Below are positions 27,730 through 37,086 of a DNA stretch of 64,000 nt, piece after piece. Source of the DNA: a virus. The position numbers and the translations under genes were made by a program. Where the stretch lies: the IMG/VR virus record IMGVR_UViG_3300020060_000010, positions 13,230-77,229 of that record. One strand, given 5' to 3'. The stretch's first letter is position 1. Each line of letters starts with the position of its first letter. The notes under the pieces were generated by a model. That model was not told the origin of the DNA and made no database searches. It worked only from the letters and a program-made list of their open reading frames with translations.

Positions 27730-27953
27730 TACACGGCCTCGATGTCCTCTGCGTTCCACAGCATTGTCTTTGGCTTCTTCGGGTTAAAAGTGTCTTTCTG
27801 TCCATCCATAGCAACAATGTAGACCTCTGCTGCTATTCCTGCGTACCGGATAACTCCAGTCTTGCCGAGTTGAGAGTCGGTTGCTACGTGCTGGATAATT
27901 CTAACTCGCGTCCCTGCCGGGAGGAGTGAATCGGTCTTCGATTTCAAGCTCAT
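27729..27953 (-). CDS. KOW/SH3-like small protein
   Basis: LPAGTRVRI...GKTGVI...Y.V.MD. Confidence 0.65.
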   Translation of the reverse strand: MSLKSKTDSLLPAGTRVRIIQHVATDSQLGKTGVIRYAGIAAEVYIVAMDGQKDTFNPKKPKTMLWNAEDIEAV

Positions 27954-28083
27954 GATAATCTGCGCCTACCTTCCAATTGTCGCGATACCAGAATGCTGCC
28001 TCGCTTGCGGCAGGCCAGAACTTGTAGACTCCTTGGACTTCATCTCCCCAGTCGTCACTGGTGATTACGACGTAGACATTCAT
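27901..28083 (-). CDS. Hypothetical protein
   Basis: VYVV...GVY motif. Confidence 0.55.
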   Translation of the reverse strand: MNVYVVITSDDWGDEVQGVYKFWPAASEAAFWYRDNWKVGADYHELEIEDRFTPPGRDAS

Positions 28084-28271
28084 CAGTCATCCCACCCAGG
28101 AGGAGTAAATGTGCTAGGGATGCGCTCCATGTACACATAGATAGCCTCGCCGTACTCGCCAACATCGATCCAATAGTCACGACACTCGTTAGCGGCCTCC
28201 AGGTTGTCAAACATACCCAAGTCTACGGCCAGAATCGTTTCGTTCGACTGCACGGTCCAAATCAGCATCAA
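28083..28271 (-). CDS. Hypothetical protein
   Basis: Overlaps neighbours. Confidence 0.6.
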   Translation of the reverse strand: MMLIWTVQSNETILAVDLGMFDNLEAANECRDYWIDVGEYGEAIYVYMERIPSTFTPPGWDD

Positions 28272-28474
28272 TTGCCTCTCTCTAGTAGTTCTACATTCCA
28301 GGCAGATACTACTCTCGTTCTGGCCTGGCTGTCAAGAGAGATTACGTGCAACTTCTGGTTGATTTCCAACTCTGACACCGCATCCCACTCGCTGTCGATG
28401 TGGTCAATGACCCAGCGAGGGACGAGACGGTTGTTCTTGAGAGCTACCACGTCGCCAATTTGATATTCACTCAC
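28268..28474 (-). CDS. KOW/SH3-like small protein
   Basis: YQIGDVVALK. Confidence 0.6.
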   Translation of the reverse strand: MSEYQIGDVVALKNNRLVPRWVIDHIDSEWDAVSELEINQKLHVISLDSQARTRVVSAWNVELLERGN

Positions 28475-28805
28475 GAGGAAGCTCCACTTCTACTTCTACA
28501 ATGGCGTAGTTTTGACTCCGGCTAGGATAGTGAATCTCTGCATCTTCCTTGTTCGTGAAAGTGTTGATATACCGAGCATCAGCCTTACGTAGTACTACAT
28601 AGATGTAGGCCCAAGTCTTCTTCTTCCAACCGATAGTGTCGCCAATCTTGACCTTCTGGCCGTGGACCACATCGATCTTATCGAGGTCCCAGTATCCGTT
28701 ACCACCTTCTGCGTTGAACACAGTAAAATGGTCAGGCTTAAGGAACTCCACGGCGCCGTTAATCACTGCCTTGATAGGGTAGTACTCACCAGTCCATTCA
28801 GTCAT
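28467..28805 (-). CDS. Hypothetical protein
   Basis: Overlaps neighbours. Confidence 0.65.
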   Translation of the reverse strand: MTEWTGEYYPIKAVINGAVEFLKPDHFTVFNAEGGNGYWDLDKIDVVHGQKVKIGDTIGWKKKTWAYIYVVLRKADARYINTFTNKEDAEIHYPSRSQNYAIVEVEVELPRE

Positions 28806-29134
28806 CGGTTGTCCTTGACGTACTGAGCCAGAAGGAGAATGTACTCTCCTAGCGCATAGCGGCTTGGCGGCTCGTCGCTTTCAAGAGCGTTGCCGAGAGT
28901 GTCAATGATTTCATCAAGCTTATCCTCTGCCAACTCAAGCTCGTGCTCAGTGTAGAGGATGTTTAGTTCGCCACTGTCTGGATGATTGACCTTGACGCGG
29001 TAGTTCAGAGTGTTATATGGACGATGTTCTACTACTGTGCCGACTAGTCCGATAGTGGTGGTGTTATTAGGATTAAATTCAGTCTGTCCATTGATATTAG
29101 TTACACGAACCTTGTCGCCTACTTTGAAGCTCAT
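28802..29134 (-). CDS. KOW/SH3-like protein
   Basis: Start moved to MSFKVGDKVRV; GLVGTVV...Y.V...ELEL. Confidence 0.7.
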   Translation of the reverse strand: MSFKVGDKVRVTNINGQTEFNPNNTTTIGLVGTVVEHRPYNTLNYRVKVNHPDSGELNILYTEHELELAEDKLDEIIDTLGNALESDEPPSRYALGEYILLLAQYVKDNR

Positions 29135-29349
29135 AGGTATACATCCACCTCTCTGATTACACAACGGTCGTCACGGGTAAGCTGATGATACTCTGCTGTC
29201 CGCTCATTGTCGAATGATTCGGATAGAGCCCATCCTCCGCCGACACGTGGTACAAAAGTAAGCCATACCGTGACAGGCTCGCACCACTCGTCATCAGCGG
29301 AAGGATTATAATCTACAGCGTCGTCGTTCTCATCGTAGCCGTCAGTCAT
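29131..29349 (-). CDS. Hypothetical acidic protein
   Basis: 4-bp overlaps. Confidence 0.6.
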   Translation of the reverse strand: MTDGYDENDDAVDYNPSADDEWCEPVTVWLTFVPRVGGGWALSESFDNERTAEYHQLTRDDRCVIREVDVYL

Positions 29350-29531
29350 GCTCTCGCCTCTACGATTGCCGTGATGGTGGTCTGAGAGGGTTCACGCTGG
29401 TCTCCGTGGTCAACTGAGATGTCAATCTTAGCATCACCATCGGCAACCTCGTCCAGGAACTCCTGCAGATCTCCTGCCGTTAGTGCCGAACCAGTGACGG
29501 TCATCGTGTAGGTCTGAGTAATCTTAGTCAC
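29346..29531 (-). CDS. Hypothetical protein
   Basis: Overlaps neighbours. Confidence 0.6.
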   Translation of the reverse strand: MTKITQTYTMTVTGSALTAGDLQEFLDEVADGDAKIDISVDHGDQREPSQTTITAIVEARA

Positions 29532-29703
29532 TCTTTGCTCCTCGCTCTAGTGTCTCAACACGCTCTTCTAGTTCCTGAAGGTACCCTACAAGGTAGTCGA
29601 TGTCAATACCACAGTCACGATCTGGATCGGAATTCAGTGATCCAGTGTCGATCTGAGCCTTGATCTCGTCGCGGCGAGTGAAGGTGTACTTGTACTCAGG
29701 CAT
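29524..29703 (-). CDS. Hypothetical protein
   Basis: Start moved to MPEYKY; GGAGG RBS. Confidence 0.6.
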   Translation of the reverse strand: MPEYKYTFTRRDEIKAQIDTGSLNSDPDRDCGIDIDYLVGYLQELEERVETLERGAKSD

Positions 29704-30511
29704 TGTCCTCCACTTCCTCCGCAAGACGCTTGACAAGCTGAGCAAGAGAGGCTAGGTCGTAGCCCTGGCTACCAGCAGTGGTGTACCTCTTGCTGGTGTA
29801 GTCGTAGAACGCCTCTGCAAGCTCGGAGAGGGTCTTCTTCTCAACCTTGAACTTAGGTGCAGTAATCTCTACCTTCTTGAGCCATTGGCCATTTAAATCA
29901 AGAGTCTGTGGAATACTGGTCTTGTCGAGCCGAACAGTGTAAATGTCCTTCTTGTCAGCGACAAGATGAATAACAGTACCCGTATCTCCACGAGCAACAC
30001 TGTAGTGCGAAAACGATACGGTAATCTTTACCTTGTCACCAACCTTGAACTTAGGCTCTGGTGCAGGAGTAGGTACATGCTCAAGCTCGTAGTGGTAGTA
30101 CCAGAAGGTATTACCGTTGGGGTATTCTACGCGGATCTGGTTGTTAGCACCGTTCTCACTCAGACGAAAACCAACAATTACACCGTTACTCCGGGAATCC
30201 TTGACGCGAACCTTATCACCAGTGCCGAAACCGTACACCTTAAGAACATCAGAAGCTTTGATAGTGTTGGAAGCTACGTTAGACTTCTCTGCCGCCTCTA
30301 CAAGCCTCTTAACCGCGCTATGATGCTCAACAAAGGTCAAATCCTCGGCGTACTTATTGCAAACTCTGTGAGTGGCCTTGCTGTCATCCCAGTAAACAAT
30401 ACGATAAATGTCAGGTGACTTCTTGAAGCTGCCATAGATGTTGCCGGTAAGAGTAACGCCGTCGATAGATCTCTTAAATGAAACTAGGTCTCCTGGATAA
30501 AACTTGGTCAT
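29696..30511 (-). CDS. Protein with three tandem KOW/SH3-like domains
   Basis: FYPGDLVSF, FGTGDKVRV, FKVGDKVKI. Confidence 0.75.
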   Translation of the reverse strand: MTKFYPGDLVSFKRSIDGVTLTGNIYGSFKKSPDIYRIVYWDDSKATHRVCNKYAEDLTFVEHHSAVKRLVEAAEKSNVASNTIKASDVLKVYGFGTGDKVRVKDSRSNGVIVGFRLSENGANNQIRVEYPNGNTFWYYHYELEHVPTPAPEPKFKVGDKVKITVSFSHYSVARGDTGTVIHLVADKKDIYTVRLDKTSIPQTLDLNGQWLKKVEITAPKFKVEKKTLSELAEAFYDYTSKRYTTAGSQGYDLASLAQLVKRLAEEVEDNA

Positions 30512-30544
30512 ACTGTCTCCTTTGTTAGTGTCATGTGGTGTAGA

Positions 30545-30847
30545 TTACTCTGTCTCGTCTGCCGTGTCAAGCCAAAACTCAGACTTGATCCCCGAAAGTG
30601 TGTCATGCCAGGCAACGCACGTGTAGATGGTGTAACCTTCACTGTTCTTTACAGAAGCGCCGTTAGTGCCCAGGAGAGGTACATAGAGGTATTTAACCTC
30701 CTGCTTAAACGTGTACGTCGTGCTTGGAATCTCGCGGCCAGTAGCGAACACCTGGCCATCTTGAGGACCTCCCTGCCAGATGCAGGGTGTCAATCTTAGC
30801 GCGCCCATGTCTCTCCTTGTCTCGTAGTGTTGGTTCCAACGTATCAC
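30545..30847 (-). CDS. Hypothetical protein
   Basis: Start uncertain. Confidence 0.55.
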   Translation of the reverse strand: MIRWNQHYETRRDMGALRLTPCIWQGGPQDGQVFATGREIPSTTYTFKQEVKYLYVPLLGTNGASVKNSEGYTIYTCVAWHDTLSGIKSEFWLDTADETE

Positions 30848-30862
30848 AAGCTTCTAGTGCCG

Positions 30863-32680
30863 TCAAGGCAATCCGCGAGTCATTTCAAAATTGTTTGCTG
30901 GCTCCGGCTTTACCTTGTCGAAGTGTGCAGAGAAGTACCACACAGAGTCACCAGTAGGAGTTGGTGTGAACCAATTTCCTCCGCGCGAAAGTGCCTTGAC
31001 CTCAAATGTCGTTCCGAGCATAACCTCGCGCTGTCGCTCTCCATGAGTATCACAACTACGTAGAGTTACTACTCCTCGGTTGGCTTCTACTTTGTCTCCA
31101 ATAGAGAATTTGGGTGCGGAGATTGCCTTTGGTGCCGCTTTGACAAGCTCCAAGCAAACTGTGTCATAAAAGTACTTGGTGCCCTTGACCCAATCCTTTC
31201 CAACCTCCGTCACCTTGATGTGATAACCAGGACCGACAACCATACTACTTGTTGCGTTTGGCTTACTGCGAGAGGGAATGGTCTGAGTAGGAGTAACCCA
31301 ATCTCCGATCTTGAATTGTGGTGCCGGAGAAATAAGCGCTTCTGCAATTTTTTGATGATGGTCGTTTAGTGCTGAACTCAGAACAAAACGCGCTTGACTC
31401 TTGTCTCCGTCAAAGTGCTTCTTTGCTAACTTATAGTACTGCCTCTCAGTAAGTTCACCACTGATTACTGCTCTAATAAGACTACCAATGTTTGCGTCTT
31501 TGTATGTTTCTAGCACCGGTAGTTCAACAGAGACATACATCCGCGCGGGCTTACCAGTTACCTTGCACATAAGAATTGGTGCCGTTGTATCAGGATCACA
31601 ATACCTACAGGTGCAAGAGTTACGGATGCAATTCTCTGCCGGAGTGATACCAAAGGTGGGGTTGCAGGCTACACAAGAACAACTATCACTCGTCGCGTGC
31701 TGGTCTTTCGGAACATCGAGCCCAGGCAAAGAATAGGTACTGTATGCCGTTACATGGTCCATCTGCCTTTTGGCGAGTTCATAAGTATCATAGGTTGAAC
31801 TCTGTCGAGTGCCGTCCTTGTATGTGATGCAAAGGTAGTGGATGCCGTATCGAGACAGAATATCTGCCTTCTCAACCTGAGACCGCGCATTGTCCGCCGA
31901 GATAATGCTGGTGCTTACTACGGTCTTATCCTTCTTTAGTCGCTTGACTTCATTCCGTGCCGTTTCAATATTTAGAAGGTATATGGTTTCATTGGTGCCA
32001 TCATTGTAATTGATTTTTAGACAAATTCGTCCGGCTCTGTAATCCTCGTCCTTGGCAGGTACAGAGAGAGCTTTGTACTGATCTGTAGTTCTGAACTCTT
32101 CCCAATGGTCCGCGCACATAGGCAGACCAAACTTCTGTGTCCTGTAACAATCATCGTTACTGCACTTGTTGTCCTTAATAGGAGTAACGGACATATCTTC
32201 TGGAAGGACAACACTACTTCCTGGCAAACTGGCATGCCATGCTTCCGAATATGTCTTGAAAGACTCGTTAGTGCCGTTCTTTTGAGTGACAACGTAATTG
32301 AGAGGTACATAGATAGAGCTACTACTACTGATCCGTTTCATAGGGTCTTTGTACTGGCATTCTGTACATACGCACTTGTCAGGGTGCTCAGAGAGGGTCC
32401 ATCCCAACTCGCGCTCTTGGGCATTAATGTAGAGCCAATCCACGCGGCTGTCAAAATCGTTTGGATCAAGTTCCCTCTGTTGCTCTACCTTGGGTGCCGA
32501 CTCGATAGCTGTCTTGGGAAGCTGTTGAATGATTGACACGGCGATAGGAGTAATTGCCAGAGCAGCAGCGCCAAGGATAGCCAGGATGACACCGGGACCG
32601 AACGCGACGCCGACAGTGGTCAATACAACGATACTCAGAGCCATGACACAGAGCCAGAACATACTCTTTGCGCTGGTCAT
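30863..32680 (-). CDS. Large membrane-anchored mosaic protein (2 TM, Cys clusters, internal repeats, two KOW-like domains)
   Basis: 605-aa ORF; see findings. Confidence 0.8.
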   Translation of the reverse strand: MTSAKSMFWLCVMALSIVVLTTVGVAFGPGVILAILGAAALAITPIAVSIIQQLPKTAIESAPKVEQQRELDPNDFDSRVDWLYINAQERELGWTLSEHPDKCVCTECQYKDPMKRISSSSSIYVPLNYVVTQKNGTNESFKTYSEAWHASLPGSSVVLPEDMSVTPIKDNKCSNDDCYRTQKFGLPMCADHWEEFRTTDQYKALSVPAKDEDYRAGRICLKINYNDGTNETIYLLNIETARNEVKRLKKDKTVVSTSIISADNARSQVEKADILSRYGIHYLCITYKDGTRQSSTYDTYELAKRQMDHVTAYSTYSLPGLDVPKDQHATSDSCSCVACNPTFGITPAENCIRNSCTCRYCDPDTTAPILMCKVTGKPARMYVSVELPVLETYKDANIGSLIRAVISGELTERQYYKLAKKHFDGDKSQARFVLSSALNDHHQKIAEALISPAPQFKIGDWVTPTQTIPSRSKPNATSSMVVGPGYHIKVTEVGKDWVKGTKYFYDTVCLELVKAAPKAISAPKFSIGDKVEANRGVVTLRSCDTHGERQREVMLGTTFEVKALSRGGNWFTPTPTGDSVWYFSAHFDKVKPEPANNFEMTRGLP

Positions 32681-32889
32681 CAGTCGTCCAAACTCAGTCG
32701 TTCTACCTTGTGCGCGCTTAGCCAGAATGCCTCTGAGCGGTCATCAGAATAGCTTGGACGGACATGTAGGAAGCTACCCATACTTGCATACACTGTGACC
32801 CAGGTTCCGCGCTTGTGCCCGGATCGTACACAGACAATCTCTCCTTTGTCAAAAGGACGCCGGTCAGACTCCTTAGTTGTGTTAGACAT
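32680..32889 (-). CDS. KOW-like small protein
   Basis: FDKGEIVCVRSG. Confidence 0.6.
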   Translation of the reverse strand: MSNTTKESDRRPFDKGEIVCVRSGHKRGTWVTVYASMGSFLHVRPSYSDDRSEAFWLSAHKVERLSLDD

Positions 32890-33082
32890 CGATGCTCACA
32901 CCTTCCCAATAGTTGTCGCCGTGTGCATAGTCAAAACTCGTTTCGTCCGCAAACTCAAAGTGCACCTTACGAACAGTATTGCAAATATAGATACCGTAAT
33001 CTGTCTCAGTTACAATTTCAATTTCCGGGTCAAACTCGCCCAACTTCTCAATTAGCTCACGTACCTTCATTTCATGCTCCAA
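32882..33082 (-). CDS. Hypothetical protein
   Basis: MKVRELIEKL..FDP motif. Confidence 0.65.
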   Translation of the reverse strand: MEHEMKVRELIEKLGEFDPEIEIVTETDYGIYICNTVRKVHFEFADETSFDYAHGDNYWEGVSIDV

Positions 33083-33359
33083 TCAATGTCTTAGGCTCGA
33101 TAACAAAGTCTGCCTTGCGATGATAGCTGTATTGAGCAACTTCGGAAGCGATGAATTCTTCTGCCGCCTCGGGTGTCGTGAATACTTCCTGTAGCTCTGT
33201 GGTCTCAATATCGGGACAATAGAGCACTACGTAGACTGTCTGGTTAGTCATTCTTGTTCCTCCATTGCATAGATGAGTGATTCAAGCTGGTCTATATCTT
33301 TGCCGCGCAAAGCGGACATCATACGTGCATCTAACTCTGCCATACTCTTATGTTCTCTG

Positions 33360-33779
33360 TCAATAGTAATCGGAAAGATGTGGCTCGCGTTTCTTACGCG
33401 CCCATGGGTGCTCAAGCTCGCGTGCTGCCTTGCGCTTGGTCTCTGCCTGCGTCTCGGTTAGCACGTGGTTAGTCGCTCGCCTCTCCCGCTTGTCAGCACC
33501 GATCCGGGTCAGTGGGTAAAGGATGGTCCCCAGCGGCCGGAGATTCACCCGCACAGAGTGCCAGAGTCCTTGCAGCGGGTAGAGCACTAGGACGCGACCT
33601 AGGACGTTCAGAGCGCGACGAGAATAAGAGACGATCAGGACTGCACCGACAAGAGTCATAGCCCAAGCGAATCCAACAGAGTTTGGCACGTTTGGATATG
33701 ATGCCGGATCAATACGTGCTACATAAAGAATCCCAACCCCGAACACGAGGAACGGAACTGCCACTTTAAGTCGATTCAT
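33360..33779 (-). CDS. Membrane protein
   Basis: 2 TM plus basic C-terminus. Confidence 0.65.
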   Translation of the reverse strand: MNRLKVAVPFLVFGVGILYVARIDPASYPNVPNSVGFAWAMTLVGAVLIVSYSRRALNVLGRVLVLYPLQGLWHSVRVNLRPLGTILYPLTRIGADKRERRATNHVLTETQAETKRKAARELEHPWARKKREPHLSDYY

Positions 33780-34651
33780 CTTGCCATCCTTCCTCTATCT
33801 TCAGCGTTATGGGTGAACAGTCTATTGCGCAATTCTTGTGCGGCTAATGCTGCCTCATAAGGATCATCGAATACACCATTGAAATAGGTCTTTTTGTTAT
33901 GCGCGGCATATGCTTTCCACCGACCATCGCCATTAGGTGTAACTCCTCGATAACCGCTCTGTGATACGCGAGATAAGAAAGCTCGGTTTTCTTGATTCTC
34001 TTTATTTGTGGCTAACCTAAGGTGGTCGGGGTTAACACAACTGCGATGACGGCATTCATGGTCAATTTCCAACCCATTAGGAATTTCTCCATTGAATTCT
34101 TGATAAGACCATCGGTGTGCTCGATACTGACCATCCTTCATATGAAATTTGCCATATCCGTCTTTGTCCAGCTTTTTGTTCCAATACCAGCACCCATCAA
34201 TATTCTTATCGTGATTTAGCTCAAAGCGCTCTATCGGAGTTAATGGCGTAGGAACATAAAAAGGGTCACCGTATTCAGTAAATCTGTATTTGTGCTCTTT
34301 ACAATAACCATAACCTAAATGAATTTCATTACATCCGTCAATGTCGCAATAGCGAATTGGGATTCGCTTTTTGTCGGAGAGATAAAAATGATCCGGGTTC
34401 ACACAGTGATACCTTTCGCATGTCTGCATTACAAACATCTTGTCTGGAATCGGACCAATGTACAATTCGTATGACAATCGGTGTGCCTTATATGGCTTGG
34501 TCTTAAAGGCGCCCTGTGCATAACCTTGCGGACCAATCGTGCCAGTCCAAAGCCAACATCCGTCGTCTGAGACCTCATATCGCGCTGTGAAGTTCTCTTC
34601 AATGGTCTTAGGTTTCAGAAAACTAACCTCCCTGCCTCTACTTCCTAGCAT
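33776..34651 (-). CDS. Homing endonuclease with two HNH domains and C-terminal AP2 domain
   Basis: CWLW..GY..AHRLSYEL..G.IP..CVNPDH; CWYW..GYG..AHRWSY..IP.GLEIDHECRHRSCVNPDHLRLAT..EN..N; SGYRGV...RWKA...G.FD...EAA. Confidence 0.9.
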   Translation of the reverse strand: MLGSRGREVSFLKPKTIEENFTARYEVSDDGCWLWTGTIGPQGYAQGAFKTKPYKAHRLSYELYIGPIPDKMFVMQTCERYHCVNPDHFYLSDKKRIPIRYCDIDGCNEIHLGYGYCKEHKYRFTEYGDPFYVPTPLTPIERFELNHDKNIDGCWYWNKKLDKDGYGKFHMKDGQYRAHRWSYQEFNGEIPNGLEIDHECRHRSCVNPDHLRLATNKENQENRAFLSRVSQSGYRGVTPNGDGRWKAYAAHNKKTYFNGVFDDPYEAALAAQELRNRLFTHNAEDRGRMAR

Positions 34652-34672
34652 TGTTCCACCTTTCCTAGTCTG

Positions 34673-34715
34673 CCGCTACACGTCGCGCTCCCGCTACTCG
34701 AATCGCTCCCGCTAC
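34673..34715. repeat. Three CCGCTAC direct repeats at 18-bp period
   Basis: Copies start at 34673, 34691 and 34709. Confidence 0.7.
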
Positions 34716-34748
34716 ACTAGCACGAATCGTACTGTTTTGGGAAGGGCT

Positions 34749-34780
34749 AAACCCCGGTAGCGGAGAGAGGTCGCTACCGG
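34749..34780 (-). terminator. Intrinsic terminator after the DUF3631 gene
   Basis: CCGGTAGCG/CGCTACCGG 9-bp stem, short T run. Confidence 0.6.
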
Positions 34781-34799
34781 AGTCTGCCCTAGTCATTGA

Positions 34800-35831
34800 T
34801 CATCCAACAGTGACGCCATGCGATTCGAACACGGACTCGAATTGGGCCAGAGTGAACCCCTTGCGTACAGTGTTACCCTTGCGGACGTTAATAGGTGCAA
34901 GCTTAAACGGGTCCAAGGCTGCCACCAACTCTTTAGAGTTGAGAATGCCAGTCATGACCAGAACGTCTTCGGTTTGAATCTTAACTGACTCCATAACAGA
35001 GAAAGTGTCAGCGATGCCCTGTAGCAGCTTGGTAGTCGCGTCCTGGTGGAGTGAAGCGTAATCCGCGAACACGAATCGAAGTGCAGAGACAAACTCCTCG
35101 CGAACACCGAACGTATCCGCAATCGCCACCATGGGCCACACTAGCTCGCTAGTCCTATCGTTAAGCCCGTCAAGTACCTCTAGCGGGTAAGCCTTAAGCG
35201 TCTCGGTGTGCTCGGTCAGCCATTCCTCTACGCGGTCCAGGATCGGTCCTGTAATGCCCTGAACGTCCGTGGAGAAGAAAGGTACAGTGTCGCCCTGGCC
35301 AGTCACCTTACGGCGCAGCACGATCGGGATACAACGGTCCAGAACGGTGTCAGGAAGCTCGGAAGTCGCATCATTAATTCCGCTCAAAACCTTGCTTCCG
35401 AAAACGTTAAACTGGCGAACCTCTCCCTTATCGACACGCGGAACAGTGGCACCAATCTTGCAACCGGCGTTGATAACTGCGTTCAATTCTTTGTTGCCGC
35501 TTCGGCCCTTACTCCACACGGTATCCACTTCATCAATCATCATACACGGCTGTCCCAATTGATCGATACTTCTGAACATCGTCGCGGGAGTCATTGACAC
35601 CGCTTTCAGTGGATTGGGGACCAAGGTAGCCAATACATCAAGAGTCAATGTCTTGCCTGAGCGCTTCTCGGCACTGTTGATATAAGCATATGCGGTCGTC
35701 TTAGGAATGCCGTGATGGAATGACCAGGCGTGCACCGCAAACACTGACAGAATCAGCTTATTCTCGTCCGACGTGGCGACATATTTTCCGATGTAGCTCT
35801 GAATCTCTTTTAGGACGGTAGTCTCCGTCAT
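34800..35831 (-). CDS. DUF3631-family P-loop NTPase (replication/primase-associated)
   Basis: SAEKRSGKT Walker A, MIDEVDT Walker B, EL..VINAG..G.TVPR, LPDT..DRCI.I.LRRK. Confidence 0.8.
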   Translation of the reverse strand: MTETTVLKEIQSYIGKYVATSDENKLILSVFAVHAWSFHHGIPKTTAYAYINSAEKRSGKTLTLDVLATLVPNPLKAVSMTPATMFRSIDQLGQPCMMIDEVDTVWSKGRSGNKELNAVINAGCKIGATVPRVDKGEVRQFNVFGSKVLSGINDATSELPDTVLDRCIPIVLRRKVTGQGDTVPFFSTDVQGITGPILDRVEEWLTEHTETLKAYPLEVLDGLNDRTSELVWPMVAIADTFGVREEFVSALRFVFADYASLHQDATTKLLQGIADTFSVMESVKIQTEDVLVMTGILNSKELVAALDPFKLAPINVRKGNTVRKGFTLAQFESVFESHGVTVG

Positions 35832-36144
35832 GCTTTGCTACCTCTCTCCAGGTGGGAGTCTCTCTCCCGATAAGTAGAACACTACCAGTACAGATATTGA
35901 ATCACAAGCCATTGTCCAAATAGTGAGATTGGAATCGGCAGGACTAAACTCATACTTTCTTCCTGCCGAAACCAAGCTAACTACTCTGGGCTATCCTTGT
36001 GCTGCCTGGCGTACTCTTTGGCCTCATTTGACGGCATTTCAGTATCCTCTCACAACAGCAACGATTGCGACAACCATTAGACCGATTGCCAGGATAGGCC
36101 AGACGGACATAAAGAGAACGAACGCTACGTCATCGGGGTCCCAC

Positions 36145-36375
36145 TTAGACATTAGACCTCCCGAAGTCCTTCAGGATGACGCGATAATCGTCGGCCACGC
36201 TGGCAAACGCAGAGGACTTGCCTTGCAGTCTTGAATACTCTTCGGTTGTCCGCGTATCCTCACTCATCCGCAAGCAACTCGCCGCGCGTCGATCGTTTCG
36301 CTCTATCTCATCCTCAATACGGGAGATAAGGCTCTCAAAGGCAAGCTCAGTTTGAAATGGATTATTCATTTTCAT
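36145..36375 (-). CDS. Hypothetical protein
   Basis: 4-bp overlap. Confidence 0.6.
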   Translation of the reverse strand: MKMNNPFQTELAFESLISRIEDEIERNDRRAASCLRMSEDTRTTEEYSRLQGKSSAFASVADDYRVILKDFGRSNV

Positions 36376-36551
36376 ACTCCCTGTCGTCCCGCATTGTAAA
36401 GGTTAGAATGGAATGCTGCCTTGGCTTCCTCTAGAATCTTCTCTACGTCAAGTTCACGCGTCTGGGCTTTCGCCTTGCGGCTGTAGCGCTTGGCGATGCT
36501 GGCAAGCTTTCGGCTCGCGTCCCGCTTAGTATTCAATCCGTAGTCACTCAT
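36372..36551 (-). CDS. Hypothetical basic protein
   Basis: Start moved to MSDYGL. Confidence 0.55.
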   Translation of the reverse strand: MSDYGLNTKRDASRKLASIAKRYSRKAKAQTRELDVEKILEEAKAAFHSNLYNAGRQGV

Positions 36552-36748
36552 GAAACCGTCACCCATTCCAGTGCAGTACGCAGGACATTGTCATAGTCGC
36601 CAGACATAGCCTGATCAGTGAACTCGTCAATCTCTGCCGCGTCGACTCCGGCCCGGCGGAGTGCCTTGGCAACCGATCCGATGATGCCGAACGCGTTACC
36701 ATCCTGTCCGGTCTGAACCTCAATATCGGGGTACTTAACCTCGCTCAT
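36548..36748 (-). CDS. Conserved hypothetical protein
   Basis: GQDGNAFGIIG.V..ALR.AG...EF...AMSGDYD.VL motif. Confidence 0.75.
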   Translation of the reverse strand: MSEVKYPDIEVQTGQDGNAFGIIGSVAKALRRAGVDAAEIDEFTDQAMSGDYDNVLRTALEWVTVS

Positions 36749-36753
36749 TCTTC

Positions 36754-36999
36754 TCACCACTCCAATTCAACGGTAGGGATATCTTCGGGCTCTGAGTTGT
36801 AGATAATCTCACAGACGGTTTCAAGGATAGGGTCGTCTCGCTTAATCTCTGCGAGGTTACCGTTTCCCGGCATGATGTAGTCGCGGCTAAAACCATCCTT
36901 GCGATCAACTTCCGCCAGAGTCACGGAAAGGATCTTCTCCGTGTCCGTATCAACCCAGAAGTAAACACTTCCGGTAAACTCTACACTAACTCGCGTCAT
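36754..36999 (-). CDS. Hypothetical protein
   Basis: Start moved to MTRVSV; downstream of operator-promoter at 37037-37087. Confidence 0.65.
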   Translation of the reverse strand: MTRVSVEFTGSVYFWVDTDTEKILSVTLAEVDRKDGFSRDYIMPGNGNLAEIKRDDPILETVCEIIYNSEPEDIPTVELEW

Positions 37000-37086
37000 T
37001 TCTCTCCTAGTGGTTAGTCTTTGCTTTCTAAGTCCTAATCTACTCTGGACTTCGCTGTCCGTCAAGGTGCTATCTCAGGATGTGGA

